In this document: piece after piece, positions 48,306 through 57,950 of the stretch
Layout: every line of letters begins with the position of its first letter
Position numbering within the stretch: the first letter of the stretch is position 1
DNA from: an uncultured Gemmatimonadota bacterium
GTDB lineage: Bacteria; SM23-81; DAOVCL01
Direction: 5' to 3'
NCBI GenBank assembly: GCA_964626665.1
Contig: CAZVGK010000001.1
Location: 96,001 to 160,000, forward strand
Length of the DNA stretch: 64,000 bases
Notes under the pieces: model-generated
Told to the model about the DNA's origin: nothing
Database searches by the model: none
What the model saw: only the letters and a program-made list of their open reading frames with translations
Position numbers and translations under genes: made by a program

Positions 48306-50351
48306 ATGATGCAGTCACTCTATGCCGGTGTATCCGGATTGAAAAACCATTTAACCAGGATGGATGTCATCGGCAACAACATAGCCAATGTGAACACCAT
48401 TGGCTTCAAGTCGGGAAGGGTAACCTTCAAGGAGGCAATGTCCGCCCTCCTGCGGGGGGCTACCAGGCCCTCGTTGGAGAGGGGAGGGGTCAACCCGATG
48501 CAGATTGGCTTGGGGATGGCCATAGGCTCAATTGACAACATCTTCACCCAGGGGAGCTTAGAGACCACAGGCATTATCACCGATCTGGCCCTGCAGGGCG
48601 ATGGTTTCTTTGTCCTCAGGGACGGGGAAAAGAGGTATTTTACCCGAGCCGGGGCCTTCCGGGTGGACTCCTTAGGGAGAATGGTTAGCCCTGATGGTCT
48701 GATAGTTCAAGGGAAGATGGCCGATGCCTTAGGGGTGATCGGGTCGGGAACCGCAGTGGGCGATATCACCCTACCCTTTGGCCAGAAGACGGCAGCAAAG
48801 GCCACATCGGAGATAGGCTTCACCTGTAATCTGGATTCGAGGGAGAGCCCTTTGAGCTCCATCTTTGACTCCAAATCCCTCTTGGCTATTGAGGAGGGAA
48901 GCAACGATATGAGCGGCCTCTATGCCAATGGAAATGCTAACAGCGCACTCGCCCTCACCCCGGGCGATACGGTAACGGTGCAGATAGGCGCCACATCTGT
49001 AACCTATACCTATGTGGAAACAGACTCCGGAGCCACGGCTGATGACTTTCACACCATCAATGACCTCATAGCCGAGGTGAACAATGATTTTTCCGGCACG
49101 ATTACCGCAAGCATAGACTTGGATGGAGCCATAAACTTCACCAATGGTTCAGGTGGGGATATCACCCTCACCATCACCAGCTCCAATGCCACCCTACAGA
49201 GTAGCTTGGGAGCAGAAGGGGGAGTAAGCATTGCCAATGGGGGGTCTCACCTAAGCGATCAGTTCTCCCATACCTCGATGGGAGGTGATCTCTTGGTTAA
49301 CCTCAGGGATTCCGAGGGGAATGGTCTGGAGATTGTAGCCACTGATGTGATCAACATCAGCGGCTCCATCGGGGGAACAGGGATTGGAGCCAGCAGCTTC
49401 ACCGCTACCTCATCAAGTACCCTGACCGATCTGGCTACTGCTATCGAGACTGCTTTTGACACCTCTGCCGCCGCGGGAGGTAGTGACATAGCGGAGGTAA
49501 CCATCGACAGTGATGGTTCTATCAGGGTGGGAACTGTGGCTGGAGCTCCTTCTCAGGTAACATCGGTTACCGTGAACTGCAGTGGAAAACCTGTCTTCAA
49601 CACGGCGATGACCTTTATGCAGACTCAGCAGCCCACCACCGTTTCCCACTCCACCTCCATAACTGCATATGACAGCCAGGGGGGAACTCATATAATCACC
49701 TTCACCTTCACCAAGGATGCTACCGCGGAAAACATATGGGACTGGACGGCCTCGGTAGAGGAGCCAGCCACGATGATCAGCGGCTATTCGGGGAAGGTGG
49801 AATTCAATACTGACGGCTCCCTGAAGAGCTTTAGCTATGATACGGGGAGCAGCTTCAAGTTCGCCCCAGGGACCGGTGCGGATAGCCCGGTGGAGATTAG
49901 CCTCAACCCAGGTGAGATGGGGGGTTTCACTGGCGTCACCCAGTTTGCCTCCCCCTCTACCACCATTGCCTCCAGCCAGGATGGATATGGAATGGGAACC
50001 CTGGACTCCATATCCATAGGTGAAGATGGGACGATCACCGGCTCCTTCACCAACGGCGTGCTCCGTACCTTGGCCCAGATCTCCCTGGCTTCCTTTAAAA
50101 ATCCTGAGGGGTTGAAGAAAGCAGGGGACAGCCTCTACCAGGAGACCACCAACTCCGGACTTCCTCTGATTGGATCAGCAGGAACCACCGTCCACGCCAC
50201 CATCTCCTCCGGGGCCTTAGAGATGTCCAATGTGGACCTGGCTCAGGAGTTCGTCAATATGATCGTCGCTCAGAGGGGATTCCAGGCTAACGCCAGGATC
50301 ATTACCACCAGCGATGATATGCTGCGAGAGCTGGTCAACCTGAAGAGGTAA
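48306..50351 (+). CDS. flgE: Flagellar hook protein FlgE (long form)
   Basis: GNNIANVNT.GFK, DLALQGDGFF, LEMSNVDLAQEF, QRGFQAN. Confidence 0.95.
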   Translation: MMQSLYAGVSGLKNHLTRMDVIGNNIANVNTIGFKSGRVTFKEAMSALLRGATRPSLERGGVNPMQIGLGMAIGSIDNIFTQGSLETTGIITDLALQGDGFFVLRDGEKRYFTRAGAFRVDSLGRMVSPDGLIVQGKMADALGVIGSGTAVGDITLPFGQKTAAKATSEIGFTCNLDSRESPLSSIFDSKSLLAIEEGSNDMSGLYANGNANSALALTPGDTVTVQIGATSVTYTYVETDSGATADDFHTINDLIAEVNNDFSGTITASIDLDGAINFTNGSGGDITLTITSSNATLQSSLGAEGGVSIANGGSHLSDQFSHTSMGGDLLVNLRDSEGNGLEIVATDVINISGSIGGTGIGASSFTATSSSTLTDLATAIETAFDTSAAAGGSDIAEVTIDSDGSIRVGTVAGAPSQVTSVTVNCSGKPVFNTAMTFMQTQQPTTVSHSTSITAYDSQGGTHIITFTFTKDATAENIWDWTASVEEPATMISGYSGKVEFNTDGSLKSFSYDTGSSFKFAPGTGADSPVEISLNPGEMGGFTGVTQFASPSTTIASSQDGYGMGTLDSISIGEDGTITGSFTNGVLRTLAQISLASFKNPEGLKKAGDSLYQETTNSGLPLIGSAGTTVHATISSGALEMSNVDLAQEFVNMIVAQRGFQANARIITTSDDMLRELVNLKR

Positions 50352-50368
50352 TAGTTAAAATGAAAGAG

Positions 50369-50583
50369 GCGGCAGAACTGGGTTCTGCCGCCATCCTCTC
50401 TTCCCGTCAGGTGAGGGCACCTACCTGCTCAGGGGTTAATTCTCCCCCACTGGCGGGAGGGTAGCCGCACTTTTAGATTGCGAAAGGACGCAGACTGAAG
50501 TCTGCAGCTACCGGCGGGACAATATAGTAGCTGAGCGGTCAGGTCCCCTGATTTGACCGTGGCAGAACAAGGGTTCTGCCACC
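50369..50583. repeat. Cluster of short palindromes (GGCAGAAC..GTTCTGCC; GTAG..CTAC REP-like)
   Basis: Related units at ~30957, 46950-47004, 56824-56875 and 38166-38224. Confidence 0.65.
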
Positions 50584-50640
50584 TCGTTCCATTTTGTGCC
50601 CCCAGCAGCAAAGTCAAGCTTCGCTAAACTGTGAGGAAGG

Positions 50641-52164
50641 ATGAAGTTATTTTACATCTCCACCTTTCTATCCCTTGTCCTCTTGGTCTCATCCTGTGCC
50701 AAGAAGCCGACCAAGGAAGAGAATCATCCACCGGTAATCAGCGAGCTTAAAGCCAGCAAATTAGCCGTGGATTTCCAAACGGATGTGACCATCACCGCCC
50801 AGGTTACCGATCAGGATGAGGATGAGCTCAGTGCAACCTGGAGGGCTAACTGGGGAAACTTTAAGGCTAGCTCCCAGGATTCGGCCATCTGGACATCGCC
50901 TTCTTCCCCAGCTATCGCCACCCTGACATTGGTGGTTTCCGATGGAAAGGGGGGAGGGGACAGGGACAGTCTGCAGATAGGGGTGAGGGACAACCCACCC
51001 CAAATAACCGGCCTCATCGCCCGTTCTCCCAACCTCACCTTGGGGGGAGAGACGGTCATCCTTTGCACTGCTTCTGATCCCGATGGGGATACACTCAGCT
51101 ATGCCTGGGAAGGGTCTGGAGGGGCCTTCTCGTGGCTCCAGGGCGACTCCTGCGGCTGGGTAGCCCCCTCCCAGGAGGGAATCTATCAAATCACAGTAAA
51201 GGTTGTAGATGGGAAAGGGGGAGAGGTGGGAGACAGCCTCAGTATGAAGGTATATAGGGAGTCTGGATGTTGCTGGGTCTCCGATACCTTTCACGATCAG
51301 GTGGTGAAGGTCTCTCCGCAGGGGATAGTGCTCTTTCGGGTGACAGGCTTCTCCCAGCCCTTTGGTATGGCCGTCAACCCCTTAGAGGAAGCCTGTTGGG
51401 TGGCGGATACCTACAATAACAGGGTGGTAAAGCTGGATTCTCAGGGAGGAAATGAGGCCATTGTAACAGGATTTCAGGCTCCAAAGGCCCTGTCCTGTTT
51501 CTATATTGAAGGGGCCTGTTGGATAACCGATTCCGGAGGAGATCAGGTGGTGAAGGTCTCTTATGATGGGCAAGAGCTGCTTAGGGTGGGAGGATTCCAT
51601 TCTCCCCAATCAGTGGCCGTTGATCAGGCAAACGGAGGCTGTTGGGTGGCTGACACTGGGGGGGATCGGGTCGTTTGGCTCTCCGCAACGGCGCCCGATG
51701 GAGCATTGGTGGATAGCCTTCCCTCTACGGATGCGCTGATTGTAGGGGGGATGGGTAGTCCGATAGCGGTCTCCGTGAGCAGATTTGATGGCTCCTGCTG
51801 GGTAGCGGAGAAGGACTCCAATAGGGTAGCGAAGATCTCCTCCCAAGGGCAGGTATTGCTGCGCATTCAGGACTTGCAGGCCCCTCAATCGGTAAGCGTA
51901 AACTCCCGGGATGGATGTTGTTGGGTGGCAGATACGGGAGCCAACCGGGTAGTTAAGTTCTCCCCTTCCGGCGATCTCCTCTTAGAGGTGAAGGATCAAT
52001 TCCACCAGCCATACTCCGTAGCGGTGAACCCTACCGATGGTTCTTGTTGGGTGGCAGACACCTATGGCTATCGGGTGGTAAAACTGTCATCTCAAGGTGA
52101 TCTCCTCTACGCGATAGGGGGTTTTACCGCTCCCCGGGCCATCTCAGTGAACCCCGGCCAATGA
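50641..52164 (+). CDS. Lipoprotein with two Ig/PKD-like domains and an NHL-repeat beta-propeller
   Basis: Lipobox LVSSC; NHPP..D.D.D.L..W..VSDGKGG twice; repeated CWVADT..NRVVK blades. Confidence 0.82.
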   Translation: MKLFYISTFLSLVLLVSSCAKKPTKEENHPPVISELKASKLAVDFQTDVTITAQVTDQDEDELSATWRANWGNFKASSQDSAIWTSPSSPAIATLTLVVSDGKGGGDRDSLQIGVRDNPPQITGLIARSPNLTLGGETVILCTASDPDGDTLSYAWEGSGGAFSWLQGDSCGWVAPSQEGIYQITVKVVDGKGGEVGDSLSMKVYRESGCCWVSDTFHDQVVKVSPQGIVLFRVTGFSQPFGMAVNPLEEACWVADTYNNRVVKLDSQGGNEAIVTGFQAPKALSCFYIEGACWITDSGGDQVVKVSYDGQELLRVGGFHSPQSVAVDQANGGCWVADTGGDRVVWLSATAPDGALVDSLPSTDALIVGGMGSPIAVSVSRFDGSCWVAEKDSNRVAKISSQGQVLLRIQDLQAPQSVSVNSRDGCCWVADTGANRVVKFSPSGDLLLEVKDQFHQPYSVAVNPTDGSCWVADTYGYRVVKLSSQGDLLYAIGGFTAPRAISVNPGQ

Positions 52165-52361
52165 TCCATCTTAGCAGACTGAATGGAAAACCTTTGGTGA
52201 TCAATGCGGAGTTGATAGAGCTCATCGAGAGAACGCCAGATACCATTCTCACCCTGACTACAGGGAGAAAGATAATGGTCAAGGAAGATGTTGCCGAGGT
52301 AGTGGAAAAGGTGAAAGAATATCTGAGGGAAGTTAGAATATGGACATTACCACCTTCATAG
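52161..52361 (+). CDS. flbD: Flagellar FlbD/SwrD family protein
   Basis: MIHLSRLNG..NAELIE..TPDT.LTL..G.K..VKE. Confidence 0.9.
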   Translation: MIHLSRLNGKPLVINAELIELIERTPDTILTLTTGRKIMVKEDVAEVVEKVKEYLREVRIWTLPPS

Positions 52362-53134
52362 GAATCATCAGCGGGGTCTTCGTTCTGGTAGTGGCCATCT
52401 TTATGGGTGGGGGACTGGCTATCTTTATCAACATCCCCTCTTTGATGGTGGTGGTAGGTGGAACCTTTGCCGCCACCCTGATTAATTTTCCCCTGCCGGA
52501 GATGCTCAGGTTGATCAAGGTGGTGAAAAACGCCTTCCTGCACAAGGTGATCTCCCCGGTGGAGACGATCAATAAATTGGTTCACTTTGCGGAGATAGCG
52601 CGGAAGAACGGTATGTTGGCCCTGGACAAAGAGCTGAAGGATATCGAGGATGCTTTCTTAAGGGAGGGGATGCAGTTGGCTGTGGATGGGATGGATCCGG
52701 AGCTGATCAGAAATGTCTTAGAGGTGGAGAAGGCCTTTTTAGAGGAGAGACATACGGTAGGTCAGGGGATCTGTAAGGCTATAGGCAAATATGCCCCCGC
52801 TTTTGGTATGATGGGGACCCTGATCGGACTTATCCAAATGTTGAGAAGCCTTGATGATCCCTCGAAGATAGGGCCGGGGATGGCCGTGGCCCTGATCACC
52901 ACCTTCTATGGGGCGATGATAGCCAACCTCCTCTTCCTCCCCTTGGCGGGAAAGCTGGAGACTCTCTCCCAGCAGGAGATGCTGCTCAAGGATTTGGCCA
53001 TAGAGGGGATACTCGCCATCCAGGCCGGGGATAGCCCGCGTATAGTTGAACAGAAGCTACGGGCCTTCCTGGCCCCCCATCTGCGGGCGGGGATAAAGAG
53101 AAGAAAAGCGGGGGGGGAGGAAAGTGGCAATTAA
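52340..53134 (+). CDS. motA: Stator A subunit (MotA/PomA type)
   Basis: PAFGMMGTLIGL, GMAVALITTFYG. Confidence 0.93.
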   Translation: MDITTFIGIISGVFVLVVAIFMGGGLAIFINIPSLMVVVGGTFAATLINFPLPEMLRLIKVVKNAFLHKVISPVETINKLVHFAEIARKNGMLALDKELKDIEDAFLREGMQLAVDGMDPELIRNVLEVEKAFLEERHTVGQGICKAIGKYAPAFGMMGTLIGLIQMLRSLDDPSKIGPGMAVALITTFYGAMIANLLFLPLAGKLETLSQQEMLLKDLAIEGILAIQAGDSPRIVEQKLRAFLAPHLRAGIKRRKAGGEESGN

Positions 53135-53876
53135 GAGAAAGAAGAAAAAGGCAGAGGAGGGAGCACCTGAATGGATGGTCACTTATGGGGATCTGATGAC
53201 CCTGTTGATGACCTTCTTCGTTCTGCTCTTCTCCTTCTCCTCCATTCAGGAGTCAAAGTTTAGAAATGCCATTGGTTCCCTGAAGGGTGCTCTTGGCGTG
53301 CTGTTAAAGAACCCCAAGGCAATGAGCCAGATAAAATCTGATTCCCATTTTCTCCCGCAGAGGGAAAAACGATTGATGGAAGCACTGAAAAAGGTGAGAA
53401 ATCTTTCCCAGGAGGGAAAGTTCAAAGGGCAGATAAAGCTGATCAAAACAAAGAAGGGATGGTTGATCAGTATTTCCAATCCGGTGATGTTCGATATTGG
53501 CAAGGCCGACATAAAGCTTGGGCTCTATCCGGTCTTGGATATGATTGCCGATGTGATCAGGGCCAAACCGATGGAGGTGCGAGTAGTGGGCCATACCTGC
53601 GATCTTCCCATTCACACCAGCCAGTTCCCTTCCAACTGGGAGCTTTCGACCACCAGGGCGGTAAATGTGGTAAAATACTTGGAATCCAAGGGTATCCCGG
53701 GGGCCAAATTCTCGGCTGAGGGAAGGTCTAAATACTCCCCCATTGTCCCTAACGACTCGGAGGAGCACAGAAGGTTAAATCGGAGGGTGGAGATATACCT
53801 CGATTCTATCAATCCCCCGGTGGTGCCAGTAGAATCGATTAACCCTGTCCCATGGTCAGGAAAGGAGAAAAGTTAA
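53124..53876 (+). CDS. motB: Stator B subunit (MotB/PomB type)
   Basis: WMVTYGDLMTLLMTFFVLL, GHT, NWELS..RA, NRRVEI. Confidence 0.93.
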   Translation: MAIKRKKKKAEEGAPEWMVTYGDLMTLLMTFFVLLFSFSSIQESKFRNAIGSLKGALGVLLKNPKAMSQIKSDSHFLPQREKRLMEALKKVRNLSQEGKFKGQIKLIKTKKGWLISISNPVMFDIGKADIKLGLYPVLDMIADVIRAKPMEVRVVGHTCDLPIHTSQFPSNWELSTTRAVNVVKYLESKGIPGAKFSAEGRSKYSPIVPNDSEEHRRLNRRVEIYLDSINPPVVPVESINPVPWSGKEKS

Positions 53877-54463
53877 TGGCAACCAAAAAGACGGAAACTG
53901 AAAAAGAGAAGAAGGGAAACTCACCTGCCGAAGTTCCTGAGGCTAAGGTAAAAAAGGGGGGAGAGGGGGACCAGCCAAAGAAGGGATTTATTCCCGGCAG
54001 AATGAAGCTAATCGCCCTTCCCCTGATTGTGGCGATTATATCCTGGGTGGTCATTACCAAGGTTATCTCCCCAAAGCTACTGGCCCAGAAGAAGGATTTA
54101 GAGAAGAAGAAGACAGAGCTGAAAGAGGAACCACCCAAGGAGAAGCCAAAGGACGACATGGTCGGCCAGATCTACACCATTGAAAACATTATAGTTAACC
54201 CGGCAGATTCTAACGGGGAGAGGTTCGTTAAGACTTCCATAGCCTTGGAGATGGAGCAAGCCAAACTTGCCGAAGAGCTCACCAAGAGGGATGTTCAACT
54301 ACGGGACATATTGATAGGCATCTTCACCAGCAAGACGGTAGAGGAAATCACTAACCCCGCCAAGAGGGAAAGTCTCAGACAAGAAATCAAGGGAAAGATA
54401 AACTCCCTTCTGGTAGGTGAAAAAATAAAGAATGTCTATTTCACGGATCTGGTAATCCAATAG
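53876..54463 (+). CDS. fliL: Basal-body-associated protein FliL
   Basis: TM helix, IVNPAD..RF, LRD, VYFTDLVIQ. Confidence 0.9.
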   Translation: MATKKTETEKEKKGNSPAEVPEAKVKKGGEGDQPKKGFIPGRMKLIALPLIVAIISWVVITKVISPKLLAQKKDLEKKKTELKEEPPKEKPKDDMVGQIYTIENIIVNPADSNGERFVKTSIALEMEQAKLAEELTKRDVQLRDILIGIFTSKTVEEITNPAKRESLRQEIKGKINSLLVGEKIKNVYFTDLVIQ

Positions 54464-54638
54464 GTAACACTTACCACGGAATGGACCTTCATCAATGATC
54501 AATTAACAATTAGCAATGGTCAATTAGCAAGTCTTAAAGAGGGAAAATCCTGAAGTGTCAATTTCCATTGATCATTGATTATTTCTGTGCCAGTCCGTGG
54601 CTATCGGTGGTGAACAATTATTCCAATAGGAAGGAACA

Positions 54639-55643
54639 ATGCCGGGTATCTTATCCCAGGAGGAGATAGACCAATTAGTTTCATCGGTGTCTGAGGGCAA
54701 AGGTCAGGGGAGAAGGCCCCCTGGCGCTGAAAAGGAGGCGATCCCCTATGACTTCCGCCAGCAGAACATAATTCCTAAGGGGTCTTTGCACGCCTTCCAG
54801 ATAGTCCACAGCGATTTTGCCAAATCCTTGAGTGGCTTTCTCCTGAGGAGCGTAAAGACCGAACTAATCGTGAACTTGGCCACTGTCAACACCATTCCCT
54901 TAGGGGAGTTTATAAAATCGCGGGAGAATCCCACTTATCTAAATTTAGTAAGGCTGAAACCCTTTGAGGGCAACCTGATTATAGATTCCTCTCCTAACTT
55001 GGTCTTCCTTCTTGTTGACCTCCTCTTCGGGGGGACGGGCAGTCCTCCTTCTACAAACGGGTTAATTACCCATATGGAAAGGAAGTTCATGCGGAAACTG
55101 ATGGAAGGTATGCTCGAGGAGTTCAAAACCACCTGGGAGAAGATAACCCTCTTTCATCCTAAGATCGAAGAGGAGGAAACCGACCCCTCAATTGTGGGCT
55201 CACCATCTAACCTGGAGAACGCAATGATGGTCATCTACGAATTGAGCCTGGAAAAGGGATCAGAAACCCACCACCTCCTGAGTTTTTGTTATAGCGCTAA
55301 ACTCCTCAAATCCCTGGTGGCCGTTCTGGGCCAGAAGAGAGGGGGAGAGGAGAGGGAAGTCCCTCCGCAAGAGCGGGATCAATCGGGGAAATTGAGGAAG
55401 AGCTTGGGTCAAGTGGAGGTCCCGGTGGAGGCAAAGTTGGGTGAGGCCCACCTGACCATTAGGGATATGATTGACCTGCAGGCAGGGGACATCATCAGGC
55501 TGAGCAACTATGTGGGTGGAGATCTAACGGTTGAGGTGAAGGGAAAGCCAAAGTTTCTTGCCCGTCCTGGGGCTTACCGGGGCAAGGCGGCCGTAGTGGT
55601 TACCTCAACCCTGAAGGAAGGAGTGGTGAAAGATGGCGAGTAA
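54639..55643 (+). CDS. fliM: Motor switch protein FliM
   Basis: ILSQEEIDQL, YDFR, C-terminal SpoA domain GDII.L. Confidence 0.9.
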   Translation: MPGILSQEEIDQLVSSVSEGKGQGRRPPGAEKEAIPYDFRQQNIIPKGSLHAFQIVHSDFAKSLSGFLLRSVKTELIVNLATVNTIPLGEFIKSRENPTYLNLVRLKPFEGNLIIDSSPNLVFLLVDLLFGGTGSPPSTNGLITHMERKFMRKLMEGMLEEFKTTWEKITLFHPKIEEEETDPSIVGSPSNLENAMMVIYELSLEKGSETHHLLSFCYSAKLLKSLVAVLGQKRGGEEREVPPQERDQSGKLRKSLGQVEVPVEAKLGEAHLTIRDMIDLQAGDIIRLSNYVGGDLTVEVKGKPKFLARPGAYRGKAAVVVTSTLKEGVVKDGE

Positions 55644-56274
55644 AAAAGAGAAAGTGAGCCCACCTCCCCCGGAGGAGAAGCAGAGTAAAGAGGAGAAGGG
55701 AATTCCAGAGGTGGACGAAAATTTAGAGGAAAAGGATAAAAGCCAGAGGGAAGAGAAAACCCCTGAGGTAGCTGAAAATTTAGCGGGAGATCAGGAGGAA
55801 ACTTCTGCTGGTGGAGGGGAGCAGGGTGGGGAACCTCTGGGAGAAGAACCAGGAGATGAGAGCAAAGCCTCCGGAGAGCAACCGGATCCTGATGCCAACT
55901 TAGAATGGCCAGAGGAGGATACCTCCTCTGGTGAAGAGTCAGCCCCCCAGGAGGAGGTGGCAGTTCAGGATGTCCAATTTGACCAGATTAAGCCCCAACA
56001 ATCAAGTGGCCAACCCAACAATATAGACATCCTCCTGGATGTTGACCTTCCCATCTCCGTGCAATTAGGAAAGACAACAATGACCATCCAGGAGCTCTTG
56101 GAAGTTGGCCCCGGTTCAGTGATCGAGCTGGACAAAATGGTGGGGAACCCAGTGGAGATCCTGGCTAACAACAAGACCATAGCCCAGGGAGAGGTAGTAG
56201 TTGTTGACGAAAACTTTGGGGTGAAAATAACCTCCCTGATCAGCGCGGAAGAGAGGATAAAAAGCCTGAGATGA
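55633..56274 (+). CDS. fliN: Motor switch protein FliN with a long acidic N-terminal extension
   Basis: ILLDV.L..QLG..GSVIELDK..GEVVVVDENFGVKI. Confidence 0.92.
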   Translation: MASKKEKVSPPPPEEKQSKEEKGIPEVDENLEEKDKSQREEKTPEVAENLAGDQEETSAGGGEQGGEPLGEEPGDESKASGEQPDPDANLEWPEEDTSSGEESAPQEEVAVQDVQFDQIKPQQSSGQPNNIDILLDVDLPISVQLGKTTMTIQELLEVGPGSVIELDKMVGNPVEILANNKTIAQGEVVVVDENFGVKITSLISAEERIKSLR

Positions 56275-56819
56275 GGTTCCTCTTCCTGATAAGCTCCGTC
56301 CTAAATCCTCAGGGGCCTCCCCTTCCTCTCTCCTATCAGGATCCAACCCCCCTCTCCTCCGTGGGTTTCTGGGGCCTGGCGGGTAAAACCATTGGTTCAC
56401 TCTTCCTTGTGCTGGGTTTAATTGTTTTGCTCATCTTTTTCCTCAAAAAACTCCACTTCCACAGCCCCTTCTCCAATGCCCGCTCTGGGATGATGAAGGT
56501 TATCTCTCACCAAACTCTCCTCCCGAAAAGGGCCCTCTACTTGGTAAAGGTGGCTGATAAGTTCTTGGTTTTAGGGGTAACATCCTCGGAGATAAGTCTG
56601 ATTACCGAACTGGAGAATGGGTTGGATGCCGATTTCGGATCTTCCCATCATCCCAGCGAATTTTCCCAACAGTTGGATAGTTTCCTCTCCAAATTCAAGG
56701 GTGGGGAGCCATCCCCGAAGAGGATGATATCCCTTCAATCAGACTTTCAGGGCAATCTAAGGAAGATACAGGAAAGAATAGGGAAACTGGAGAGGTTGGT
56801 CAACTCCAATTTGCAGTAG
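56271..56819 (+). CDS. fliO: Flagellar biosynthesis protein FliO
   Basis: TM helix then L.PKRALYLVKV..LVLGVT; between fliN and fliP. Confidence 0.82.
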   Translation: MRFLFLISSVLNPQGPPLPLSYQDPTPLSSVGFWGLAGKTIGSLFLVLGLIVLLIFFLKKLHFHSPFSNARSGMMKVISHQTLLPKRALYLVKVADKFLVLGVTSSEISLITELENGLDADFGSSHHPSEFSQQLDSFLSKFKGGEPSPKRMISLQSDFQGNLRKIQERIGKLERLVNSNLQ

Positions 56820-56893
56820 CGCGGTGGCCAACCCCTGTTCTGCTGGGATCAGATCGGGGGGCTGACCACTCTGCCATCAAGGAGGTTTAAATC

Positions 56894-57667
56894 TTGAGAG
56901 ATCAAAATTCATGGAAGAAGTTTAGATCGATCCTCCTGAGGAGGTTCCTTCCGCTGATCCTCCTGCTGTTTTTTTTCTCACCCCAGGCAAAGGCCTTTTC
57001 CTTTCCTCAGCTTCCGTTAGGGGGAGGGGGGACCCCCCAGAATGTCTCCACTGCCATAGAGATACTTCTCCTCCTCACCGTCATCTCCCTGGCCCCTGCC
57101 ATCCTGGTCACCTTGACCTCCTTCACCCGCATTATTGTCGTTTTCTCCCTGTTGAGACGCTCTATGGGAACTATGCAGATGCCCCCCAACCAGGTGATGA
57201 TCGGCCTGGCCCTTTTTCTCACCCTATTTGTAATGGCCCCCGTCTTCAATCAGATAAATGATCAGGCACTTAAACCATTTTTAGCCGAGAAGATAAGCCA
57301 ACAGGAAGCCTATGATCGCGGGATCCAGCCGCTGAGAGATTTTATGCTCAACCAAACAAGGGAGAAGGATCTGGCCCTCTTTGCCCATTTCGCTAAAATT
57401 GAGAGACCTAAGGGACCCTCTGACGTCCCTACCTATGTTATCATTCCCGCATTCATCATCAGTGAGCTGAAGACGGCCTTTCAGATGGGGTTTCTTATCT
57501 ATTTGCCTTTTCTGATCATCGATATGGTGGTGGCCAGTGTGCTTATGTCAATGGGGATGTTGATGCTCCCCCCGATAATGATCTCCTTACCCTTTAAGAT
57601 CCTCCTCTTTGTGATGGTGGATGGATGGAATTTGGTGGTGAGATCATTGATAATGAGCTTTCACTAA
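56894..57667 (+). CDS. fliP: Export gate protein FliP
   Basis: [37 protein letters not shown]. Confidence 0.96.
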   Translation: MRDQNSWKKFRSILLRRFLPLILLLFFFSPQAKAFSFPQLPLGGGGTPQNVSTAIEILLLLTVISLAPAILVTLTSFTRIIVVFSLLRRSMGTMQMPPNQVMIGLALFLTLFVMAPVFNQINDQALKPFLAEKISQQEAYDRGIQPLRDFMLNQTREKDLALFAHFAKIERPKGPSDVPTYVIIPAFIISELKTAFQMGFLIYLPFLIIDMVVASVLMSMGMLMLPPIMISLPFKILLFVMVDGWNLVVRSLIMSFH

Positions 57668-57678
57668 AAGGATAAGGG

Positions 57679-57948
57679 ATGAGCCCAGAGACCTTTCTCT
57701 CCCTCTTTCGGGAGACCTTAATCACCACTCTTCTGGTGTCTGCACCTATGCTCCTTTCCGGGCTTTTGGTCGGGCTTTTAGTCAGCATATTTCAGGCGGT
57801 AACCTCAATTCACGAGATGACCCTGACCTTTATCCCCAAGATCCTGGCGGTGGCCCTAGCCTTGCTCATTTTTCTTCCCTGGATGATAGCCAAACTGTTA
57901 GATTTTGCCTCTCATCTCTTCATTAACCTCCTTTCCTATATCGGCTAA
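57679..57948 (+). CDS. fliQ: Export gate protein FliQ
   Basis: VSIFQAVTSIHEMTLTFIPKI. Confidence 0.95.
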   Translation: MSPETFLSLFRETLITTLLVSAPMLLSGLLVGLLVSIFQAVTSIHEMTLTFIPKILAVALALLIFLPWMIAKLLDFASHLFINLLSYIG

Positions 57949-57950
57949 AT

